This document shows positions 26,401 through 32,967 of a stretch of 32,967 nucleotides of DNA, in pieces. The stretch lies in assembly GCA_045863395.1 (NCBI GenBank), contig BTVJ01000086.1, positions 1-32,967 on the forward strand, in the 5' to 3' direction. The DNA comes from Myxococcales bacterium. GTDB taxonomy: Bacteria; Myxococcota_A; UBA9042; JABWCM01; BTVJ01. Position numbers and translations under genes: made by a program. Positions within the stretch are counted from its first letter, which is position 1. Each line of letters starts with the position of its first letter. The notes below the pieces were generated by a model. It was not told the origin of the DNA, did no database searches, and saw only the letters and a program-made list of their open reading frames with translations.

Positions 26401-27640
26401 CCAGTCCCGGTGCGCCTGCGGCTTCGACGGGGAGCGAGCGCCCGCAGGAGACGGCCTCGACGCGCTCGCCGCCATCCGGGACCGTGTCGAGCGGGAGCTG
26501 CGGGCCGTGTTCTCCCAGGCCGAGGTGCGTGCGAGAGTTCGGACCTGGGCGGAGATCGAGCCTGCTGCGATGGCGTATGTCGAGGGGCAGGCCGACTGGC
26601 CCACCGTCGAGGATCTGCGAGGCTTCGACGAGCACCTGGGCGGGGTGGACGTGGTGCGGGCGGTGGGCGCGGGCGCGCTCCTCGAGGGCCTCTTGGATCG
26701 CACCTGGGAGCCGGCGGCCCTCTCCAGCGCCCTGGCCGAGCGCGTCCAGGCCGTCGGAGCGCGGCGAGTTCGCCTGGAGGCGCCCGAGGCCGCGGGCCTG
26801 CTCCCCTGGTGTGTAGAGCAGTGCCTGCGCCACGGGGAGCCGCTGCCCGCGGGAGTCGACGTGACGGGCGTCCCGATCCCGGCCGCGTGGGTGTCTCCAG
26901 CAGCGCTCGAGCGCCTGGAGTCGCTGGGCCTCGGCGCCGCAGCGACTGCGGTGCTCCGACTGTTGGTGGACGGGGCGCTCCCCGCCCCGGACCGCCCCTC
27001 TCCCCTGGTGGCCGCTGCGCTCGCTACCAGAGAGCCGACGCTTCCCCTGCCGCCCGCCGCCCTGGCCACCCTGGCCGAGCGGCTCTACCGGCACCACGAG
27101 GCCATCTGGGCCGCGGCTCGCGACCGCTGGCTCCAGCGCCTCGACGCCCTGGCCACCACCCCGCTGAGCGAGCCGTGCCTGCCGGTGGAGGCGGTGGTGC
27201 GGGCCCACCCGGATCACTCGTGGCTTGTCGTCGACGCGCTGGGCCTGCCGCTGCTCGGCCCACTCGTGGAGTCGCTTCGGACCCTGCTTCCGGGCTATGC
27301 GCTGGACCGCACCCTGTTCGCGGAGGCGCCTCGGGCCACCACCACCGACGCCTTCTACCGCCGCCTGGCGGAGGCGGGAGTGAACCACCCCTTCGAGAAA
27401 GTGGACGCCCTCGACGGCCTGCTCCACGGGCGCTCACTGCCGCTCGACGATCTCTGGCGAATCGCGGCCGCGGAGCTGGGCGCCGCGCTGTCCAGCGTGC
27501 GGCCCCGCCTCGGGCCCCTCCTCCTCGTCACTGCCGATCACGGCTTCCGCCTGGCCCCAACCGGCCGTGGCTACACCCACGGCGGTCCCTCCACCCTGGA
27601 GCGCACGGTGCCGGTCCTGCTCCTGCGTCGGGCGGGGTAG
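23474..27640 (+). CDS. BrxC/DUF6079-like P-loop ATPase fused to a C-terminal PglZ-like alkaline-phosphatase-fold domain, 1388 aa
   Basis: RBS GGAGG; Walker A GPYGSGKSH (from 23654); Walker B LLLVIDELSEFLRSK; FLQYLGE; YPIHPATL; C-x11-CxCGF. C-terminal VVDALG / TTT / DGLLH / TADHGF / THGGPSTLERTVP. Confidence 0.8.
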   Translation: MTTIRDLVGARAQPTVVRLEESLDAPWITESYCVTPDVRRHVDALRHALSRDAGTGAFLIGPYGSGKSHFLAWLVQAVRAGRLGEPLTVVALSLLHYPAEARLEDVVCGAAGIPVGTGDRRPAWAAALQRSTGGLLLVIDELSEFLRSKPDAHRFNEDVRFLQYLGELAGDGRLFVVCAMQEAIEHTGELEHATYRKIQDRYPLRMRLTPSHVRTLVSESLLVKRPGYDDAVAERVRQLRAAVPDATVDFGALASIYPIHPATLDLLEEVRDRFSQARGVVGFVTTQLLGDPGRGIAPFLDEPWGALLTPDAIVAHFEDILEVQAEFQPLAQQLFPWYRRHMGELFETERLAELAHRLLRLLALVHLSPQRERLTAGEAASWLLFAASRTDPSRNQAIIERTLDTLATRGRYIRKEAGGYRVDVEDDGASRLDRALERELAELPDAAICFELIAGLDTTGFPLFALPRDVWQSCRTAWCLHERLWSLWVGNEDPPRPPQSPALVVRLPWGQAPSAHGCTTLHPAPLQLTPPLRELAALARLRERPLAPELVELAGRRISERLPLFQHELRASLADARAVRPTGTIDKALPLGPRDGLDDWLGRWALGMLQRDFPQFERLAPAEGPLPKEAWRELVRWGLEHDLGDPDAPQLVRSIREGYLVPMKLLERAGRGYVVRRTDTHDLVKLVLPLLDGTPLPKTVYTHLAGPVYGLVPDQIHALLLTLLLLGEVDIEKGGRSLRELHDSLPLPIQYDRITAGRALPPAALTALTSLADGLHLKPPAQWTIEGQRQVIGRLTDVIRARAERLRPLLPRLEGALSEQAREVLAWSDALSGEERLAAFEALLVRAGSAPRILERLGFMADLPERFERQVTEVGRMRHLLSQPGLADEGVEEPPPLDRPDAVDAWISRARSVVAAYAARYREAHDAWWAARADHPAWTWHPPAVAWSKHAGVDADAWRRAREALRRCAGLGPLDFQSRCACGFDGERAPAGDGLDALAAIRDRVERELRAVFSQAEVRARVRTWAEIEPAAMAYVEGQADWPTVEDLRGFDEHLGGVDVVRAVGAGALLEGLLDRTWEPAALSSALAERVQAVGARRVRLEAPEAAGLLPWCVEQCLRHGEPLPAGVDVTGVPIPAAWVSPAALERLESLGLGAAATAVLRLLVDGALPAPDRPSPLVAAALATREPTLPLPPAALATLAERLYRHHEAIWAAARDRWLQRLDALATTPLSEPCLPVEAVVRAHPDHSWLVVDALGLPLLGPLVESLRTLLPGYALDRTLFAEAPRATTTDAFYRRLAEAGVNHPFEKVDALDGLLHGRSLPLDDLWRIAAAELGAALSSVRPRLGPLLLVTADHGFRLAPTGRGYTHGGPSTLERTVPVLLLRRAG

Positions 27641-27686
27641 GGGCTGCGACCCTGCCCCGCGGGCGCTCACGGGTCTCGCCGGACGC

Positions 27687-30311
27687 CTACTTCCCCGTCA
27701 TGACGCGCCACGTCCCGGGGGTCACCGAGCCGACGAACTGGAGGCCGTCGAGGATCACCGCGCTGTCATAGATGCCGTCGCCCGTGTCGTGGACGTGGAA
27801 GGTAAGGGTGAACATCTCGCCCGGCTCGATGGGCCACTCGGTGACGAGCCACCCGGTGGACGAGCCCGAGTCTTGGGAGTCCGCACCGGCGTTCGCGGCG
27901 CAGGAGAAGCCGGTCCCGGAGATGTTCGTCGTCGCCTTGCCCTCCGGGCAGCCGTTGAGCCAGCAGCACTCGGAGAGCGCCGTGTTGATGGCGATGTAGC
28001 AGTAGCGCTGCCGGGGATTGCAGAACTGCATGCCAGGGCTGCAGACGATATCGTAGTAGGCATCGGGGTCGCGGCACTCGGTCACGTTGATCACGGTGGG
28101 GACGCCCCCATTCGTAGAGCCGGCCTCGAGCACCGCGTAGAACTTGTCGTTGTAGGACGAGCCCACGAAGTCGTCATACTCCTCCGAGAAGAACACGTGC
28201 CGGAACCGGATGCCGTTGGCGCCCGGCGGGGCCCGCAGCACGAGCTTCCACTCCATGGCGTCGTAGATGGCCGCGCCGCCCTTCTGGAAGCCGTCCTGCG
28301 CGCTGTGGCCGCCCATGTCCTGGCTGTGGGTGGTGCCCAGCGCCGGCCCTGTGGCCATCACCGCGTAGGTGCCGCCGACCTGGGGCTCCAGGTCGTTGGT
28401 CTTGTCGCCGTAGTGGGCGACCGCGGCGAAGGTTCCGCCCGTGGACGAGCTCGTCGGGGACGTGTAGGTCTGGCTCACCAGCGTCGGGGCACAGACGTCC
28501 AGGGCGCAGGCCATGGCGTCGAGGGTGTCTCCCGTGCCCTTGCAGCCCCCGCAGCCGAGGCCGATGGGCGCCGCGCCGGTGCCGCCCGTGGGGTAGCGGT
28601 CGGCCTGGCCCTCCTCGAACACCTTGCGGTACGCCTCCAGGGAGGCGAGCAGCTCCTGGAGGTCCGTGTCCCCGACGAGCACGGCCAGCGCCGCCTTGAC
28701 CGCCGCGATGCCCACGTCGATGCGGGAGGCGCCAGCGGCCCCTTTCAAGGTCTGCGTCTCCTGGAGGGCCTCCGCATAGGCGACCACGGCGTCACCCTTG
28801 CGCAGGAGCGCCGACTCGCCCGCCAGGAGCGCCGTGAAGCTCGCCTCCCAGGTGTCGGTGCGGGGCTCGCGGGTCACCGGGTCCTCCCAGGTCGCCTTCA
28901 CGGAGACTGCCTCCTCTCCAGTGAGCGACGCCGGGTCACAGGACTCGATGAGCTGGTGGAAGATCATGGCGTCGTTGGCCGCGAGATGCTGGGGCTCGAC
29001 CTCTTCGGGATCCGTTGAGACCTGCTCCCCGTGGAAGGCGGTCACCGCGAAGGTGGGCGGCAGGGTGACAGCGACCTGGACGTCGCGGGCGGCGACCTCC
29101 ACGTGCCGCATCAGGCCGTCGCCGAACACGCTCCACGCCTCGGCGCCGTCGTCCAGGAACACGTAGGCGCCCTTGCCTGCGTCGGTCACGGCGTTCATCA
29201 GGCGGTCGTTGTAGTTCCAAGGGTCGCCGACCCCGATGCCCATCAGGTAGATGGCCTCGCCGTTGGCGTCCTTGGCGGCACCAACGATGAGCGCCTCGTC
29301 CGCCTCCCCCACGTTGGCGCCACCGTCGCTCACGAGGATGACCCGATTGACGCGCTCCGTCCCGAAGCCCTCCTTGGCCAGCGCGTAGGCGGCCTTCAGC
29401 CCTGCCGAGAAGTCCGTGAGCCCGTCCGCTGCGAGGGCGTCGCACTGGGCCGCGAGGGTGCCGTCGTCCGGGCCGGTCATCACGAGGTTGTCCACCAGGG
29501 TCTTCGGAGCGCCACCCCAGGTGATCAGTGAGAAGGCGTCGCCGGTCCCGAGGGAGCCGACCAGCCCCTTGCAGGCCTCGCGGGCGCGGTCGATGCCGCG
29601 GTGTCCGGGCGTCCCCCAGCCCATGGACGACGACGTGTCGACGGAGAGCACCGCATTGAGACGCCGCCGCGTCGCCGCATCGTAGTCCGGTGCGCGCACG
29701 CCGACCTGGAGCGCGTAGGAGCCGTCGCCCGTCTCGCGGAGCTGGGCGCTGACCGCGACGTGGCCGGGCTCCGCCGCCGGGTAGTCGAACGTGTAGTAGT
29801 TGAGCAGCTCGTAGGTGCGCACGGCCTTCGCCACGAGCTGCCCCTGGGCGATGAGGCCGCGCGCGATGGTGGCGCCCGCCATGGAGTTGGAGTCATCGGC
29901 CGAGACGTAGAGCACCACCGGGTCGGTGGTGTTGCACGTCGCCGGCTCCGGGGTGCCGCCCTCTGGTTCCTCGGGCTCCTCGCTTCCGTTGGACGACCCT
30001 CCCTCGGGTGGCGCAGGGTCGTAGGGTGCGCCCGCGGAGTCGCCGGCGCTACCGAAGCTCGGCCCGTCACCGTAGCTGCCGCCCGTGCCCTGGGAGCTGG
30101 AGCCCCCCCCGCCGCTGTTCTCTTTGCCGCCAGGCGCGCCGACTGCCTGACTGCCGCCCTCGCTGTCGTCCGGCTCGGCGCCCTGCTCGGCGCCAGGTGC
30201 GCTTGGCGAGCCTCCGGTGGCGGTGCCCGTGCCGGGATCCCCTCCACCGCAGGCGGCGATGGTCAGCGAGACGAGCGCGGCGATGGCGCGCGAGCAGCGA
30301 TCCGTCCTCAT
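27687..30311 (-). CDS. Lipoprotein with VWA (YfbK-like) domain and Cys-rich choice-of-anchor-L-like C-terminal domain
   Basis: Lipobox IAAC; Gly/Ser/Glu/Pro linker; MIDAS DTSSSM, T and RVILVSDGGANVG; FFSEEYDDFVGSSYNDKF and DTGDGIYDSAVILD. Confidence 0.8.
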   Translation of the reverse strand: MRTDRCSRAIAALVSLTIAACGGGDPGTGTATGGSPSAPGAEQGAEPDDSEGGSQAVGAPGGKENSGGGGSSSQGTGGSYGDGPSFGSAGDSAGAPYDPAPPEGGSSNGSEEPEEPEGGTPEPATCNTTDPVVLYVSADDSNSMAGATIARGLIAQGQLVAKAVRTYELLNYYTFDYPAAEPGHVAVSAQLRETGDGSYALQVGVRAPDYDAATRRRLNAVLSVDTSSSMGWGTPGHRGIDRAREACKGLVGSLGTGDAFSLITWGGAPKTLVDNLVMTGPDDGTLAAQCDALAADGLTDFSAGLKAAYALAKEGFGTERVNRVILVSDGGANVGEADEALIVGAAKDANGEAIYLMGIGVGDPWNYNDRLMNAVTDAGKGAYVFLDDGAEAWSVFGDGLMRHVEVAARDVQVAVTLPPTFAVTAFHGEQVSTDPEEVEPQHLAANDAMIFHQLIESCDPASLTGEEAVSVKATWEDPVTREPRTDTWEASFTALLAGESALLRKGDAVVAYAEALQETQTLKGAAGASRIDVGIAAVKAALAVLVGDTDLQELLASLEAYRKVFEEGQADRYPTGGTGAAPIGLGCGGCKGTGDTLDAMACALDVCAPTLVSQTYTSPTSSSTGGTFAAVAHYGDKTNDLEPQVGGTYAVMATGPALGTTHSQDMGGHSAQDGFQKGGAAIYDAMEWKLVLRAPPGANGIRFRHVFFSEEYDDFVGSSYNDKFYAVLEAGSTNGGVPTVINVTECRDPDAYYDIVCSPGMQFCNPRQRYCYIAINTALSECCWLNGCPEGKATTNISGTGFSCAANAGADSQDSGSSTGWLVTEWPIEPGEMFTLTFHVHDTGDGIYDSAVILDGLQFVGSVTPGTWRVMTGK

Positions 30312-30360
30312 GATTCGACTCCGTAGAAGCTGTGGTCGGGCCGTGGCCCCGGGCCGCCTG

Positions 30361-30376
30361 TGCAAGCATCTTGCCA
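30361..30376 (-). promoter_or_regulatory. sigma54 (RpoN) -24/-12 promoter
   Basis: Minus strand reads TGGCAAG-ATGC-TTGCA, a near-consensus match with exact GG-N10-GC spacing, about 49 nt upstream of ATG 30311. Confidence 0.75.
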
Positions 30377-30627
30377 TGGAAGCTGCTCAACAGGTACGCG
30401 CCATTGCCTGCGCTGCGGTGTCCCGAAACGAACACAGATTCGCTCGGAGTGTGCACGAACTCTACACAGGTGCAGCAGCGCTGCGACCACGACAGCCGCT
30501 GGCCTTCAGGTGGACGTGGGACCAGAGAAGATCGGAGTTGCAGCGCAGCCTCCCGCGCGCGCACAATCGGAGGCTCACACAGTTGGCGCGACTGGCGGCG
30601 GGCAGCCCCGACGCCCTCGGAGGCCCC

Positions 30628-32967
30628 ATGCGACTCGTGACCGTAGCGAGCTTGCTCGTCCTGCTGGCGACCCAAGTACAGGCCGCCCCCCTTCAGCGCA
30701 CCATGCAGCTCCAGGGCCGCATGGAGACCAGCGCAGGCGCACCCGCCAGCGGGACCTTCGACGTGAAGCTGCGCCTGTTCGCCGCCGAGACGGGTGGTTC
30801 AGCCCTCTACAGCCAGGACGCCAACGGGGTCACGGTCGCCGGTGGGCTCTTCGACGTGGACCTCGGCCCCATCCCCGGCGGGGTCATCGAGGGTGCGGCG
30901 GAGCTCTGGCTGGAGACCCAGGTGGGCCCGGACGTGCTCCCCCGGCGGCGCGTGCGGCCGACGGCCTTCGCGTTGGTCGCGGAGCAGGCCAACACCGCTC
31001 TCGTGGCGGCGGACGTGCAGTGCTCGGGCTGCGTCTCCGCGGGGGAGGTCAGCTTCTCCTACGCTGCCGCCGCGTCACCTGGGGGCGGCGCGACGGACGT
31101 CGCCTGCTCGGGCTGCGTGGAGTCGACGGACCTGGCGGCTGGCGCGGTGGGGACCACGCACCTCCAGGACGGCGCCGTCACCCCCGCCAAGGCCGGCTTC
31201 ACCTACGCGGGCTCGGCCACGCAAGGAGGAGCCGCGACGGCCCTCTCGTGTACGGGCTGCGTGGGGTCGTCCACGCTGGCGGCCAACCTGGCGCTGGCCG
31301 GGACCGTCGGAGTCGCTGGCGGGCTCCACGCCTGCACGGCCAACACGGCGGGCTGCGCGGTGAAGGTGTCCGAGTCGGGGCTCCACGACCACGACGACGG
31401 CTACCTGACCGCGCAGGTGCCGTCGGGCCTGCGGGTGCGGGACACCGCGAACGGGGCATGGCGCCCCGTGGACTTCGGCGGCGGAAACTCCAACGGAGAC
31501 CTGGCCGTCGTCGGCAACCAGACCGTCCAGGGGACCCTGAGCGCCGGGCAGGTGGGCGTCGGCACATCGTCGCCGGCCGCAGAGCTGCACGTGGACGGCA
31601 GCGCCCTGCTCGGAGGCACCAACCGGTACATGAACTTCGGCGGCGCGTCCGGCGCGAGTGGATACGGGCTGCGAGACAACGGCGGGGCGATGCAGGTCAA
31701 GAGCCAGGGCGGCGACTGGGTGGACATCTACCTCCCGCCGCCGCCTGCCTTCGGCTCGGGGGCGGACGGCGCGCTGGCCCTGTCGTCCACCTTCGACCTC
31801 AACGCCAACACGACGGGCGGCCGCACCGTGGCAGACGGGGTCGCCTACCAGGTCGCGAGCCTCACCTCGAGCACCATCGTGGCGACGCAGGCGGCCACCG
31901 GCATCTCGGCGGGCGACAAGGTGCTGCTGGTCCTCGTGCAGGCGACGGGCGCCACCGGCGACGTCGGGAACCACAACCTGCTCGACGTCACCCTCGTCAA
32001 CGGCAGCGCCATCACGGTGAGCAGCGGCTCCATCGACCCGGGCAAGTACGACGAGGGGAGCAACCAGAAGCTCATCGTGCAGCGCGTGCCCCAGTATTCA
32101 TCGGTCACCCTCTCGGCGGGAGGCATGGTCACGGCGTCCGCGTGGGACGGCCTGAACGGGACGGCCACGCCGTCGGGGAAGCTCCGCACCGGTATCGTCG
32201 CCGTGGTGGTGAGCGGCACATTGACCCTCGGCGGAAACGGCATCGACGTGTCACAGAAGGGCTTCCGCGGAGGTCAGCCGGGTGGCCTCGCGCCGGAGGA
32301 CGCCAAGTCGACGGCCATCACGACAGGTGGCGCCGATGGTGGCGCCGGGGGAACGTGGAAGGCGGGTGGCGCGGGCGGAGGCTCCGGGAGCGGCGGCGCA
32401 GGCGGGGGGACGTCAGCCTTCGCAGGCGGCGCCGCGGGCCGAGGGGGCGGAGGCGGAGGCAGCTCCCAGGACCAGAACGGTGCGGGCAACGAGGGCTCGG
32501 GTGGCGGTGGCGCGGCTCCCTACGCGAGTGGGACCAATCACTCGACCGGCCTGAAGCTGACGCTGGGTGGCGGCGCCGCAGCCGGCGGTGGGGGCGGTGC
32601 GGGGGGCATGGGCGCCAGCTACGGCCCGACCTTCGGTGCCGCGAGCGCCAACGGGCTGGGCGGCGTCCACGGCTCGCGCACCCAGTCTCGGGGCGGCAAC
32701 GGCAGCGCGGGAGCCAACGGCGGCGGGCTCGTCCTCGTCTACGCCAAGACCCTCGCGGGGGTCGGGCCCATCCGCGCAGATGGAGGGAAGGGCGGGAGCG
32801 GGGGCGGTGGGGGCGGCGGTACAGGCTACGACGGCTCCGCGGGCGGTGGCGGTGGGGCTGGCGCCAACGGCTCGTCGGGCGGAACCATCTACGTGCGCCA
32901 TGAGCTGTCGGTGGCCACCACCACCTTGTCGGTCGCGGGCGGAGTAGGGGGTGGGGGCGGTGGGGGC
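30628..32967 (+). CDS. Large secreted fibre/adhesin-like Gly-rich protein (3' end outside the window; absent from the ORF track)
   Basis: RBS GGAGG and ATG 30628. Manual translation gives MRLVTVASLLVLLATQVQA|APLQRTMQLQGRM..GLFDVDLG, three C[ST]GCV repeats, VGVGTSSPAAELHVDG, FGSGADG, and then Gly-rich GGGGG tracts. Confidence 0.85.
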   Translation, partial: MRLVTVASLLVLLATQVQAAPLQRTMQLQGRMETSAGAPASGTFDVKLRLFAAETGGSALYSQDANGVTVAGGLFDVDLGPIPGGVIEGAAELWLETQVGPDVLPRRRVRPTAFALVAEQANTALVAADVQCSGCVSAGEVSFSYAAAASPGGGATDVACSGCVESTDLAAGAVGTTHLQDGAVTPAKAGFTYAGSATQGGAATALSCTGCVGSSTLAANLALAGTVGVAGGLHACTANTAGCAVKVSESGLHDHDDGYLTAQVPSGLRVRDTANGAWRPVDFGGGNSNGDLAVVGNQTVQGTLSAGQVGVGTSSPAAELHVDGSALLGGTNRYMNFGGASGASGYGLRDNGGAMQVKSQGGDWVDIYLPPPPAFGSGADGALALSSTFDLNANTTGGRTVADGVAYQVASLTSSTIVATQAATGISAGDKVLLVLVQATGATGDVGNHNLLDVTLVNGSAITVSSGSIDPGKYDEGSNQKLIVQRVPQYSSVTLSAGGMVTASAWDGLNGTATPSGKLRTGIVAVVVSGTLTLGGNGIDVSQKGFRGGQPGGLAPEDAKSTAITTGGADGGAGGTWKAGGAGGGSGSGGAGGGTSAFAGGAAGRGGGGGGSSQDQNGAGNEGSGGGGAAPYASGTNHSTGLKLTLGGGAAAGGGGGAGGMGASYGPTFGAASANGLGGVHGSRTQSRGGNGSAGANGGGLVLVYAKTLAGVGPIRADGGKGGSGGGGGGGTGYDGSAGGGGGAGANGSSGGTIYVRHELSVATTTLSVAGGVGGGGGGG

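Noticed and set aside
25157..27427. 756-aa minus-strand ORF
   Set aside because: Antisense shadow of the ATPase-PglZ gene.
20918..27640. Complete BREX system using the nearby methyltransferase as PglX
   Set aside because: The MTase is a truncated type II PaeR7I/XhoI-like enzyme on the opposite strand, separated from the ATPase by gpx; no other brx genes are present.
30360..32903. 847-aa Arg-rich plus-strand ORF
   Set aside because: Wrong frame; the real gene starts at 30628 in another frame and runs off the window.

Overview
Very GC-rich window, myxobacterial (Myxococcota)-like by gene content: a Ser/Thr kinase with SEL1 repeats, Uma2, HNH-RuvA_C, a VWA lipoprotein and a fibre-like adhesin. 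It holds about 22 genes or gene remnants. I found no rRNA, tRNA or CRISPR array. Left to right: two tandem HNH/RuvA-C-terminal-domain genes (the second decayed); a 40-aa membrane peptide; an orphan CARF(DxTHG)-HEPN effector fused to a Csx20-like domain; CcdA-thioredoxin; an IMPase/ADP-ribosylglycohydrolase fusion; a kinase; a DUF362 Fe-S protein; a sigma54-preceded outer-membrane protein; an ACP plus acetoacetate-CoA-ligase pair; a translationally coupled operon (TPR, XPB helicase, 67-aa protein, Helicase_C_3 protein); Uma2; a deletion relic of a PaeR7I/XhoI-type R-M system; glutathione peroxidase; a 1388-aa BrxC/DUF6079-like ATPase fused to a minimal PglZ-like domain; a sigma54-preceded VWA lipoprotein; and a large adhesin running off the end. 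The best candidates for new biology are (1) the XPB operon, whose two partners look by eye like TFIIH p8/Tfb5 and p52/Tfb2, (2) the stand-alone Csx1-Csx20 effector/ring-nuclease fusion, and (3) the single-gene ATPase-PglZ fusion. All family calls come from motif recognition; no searches were run.
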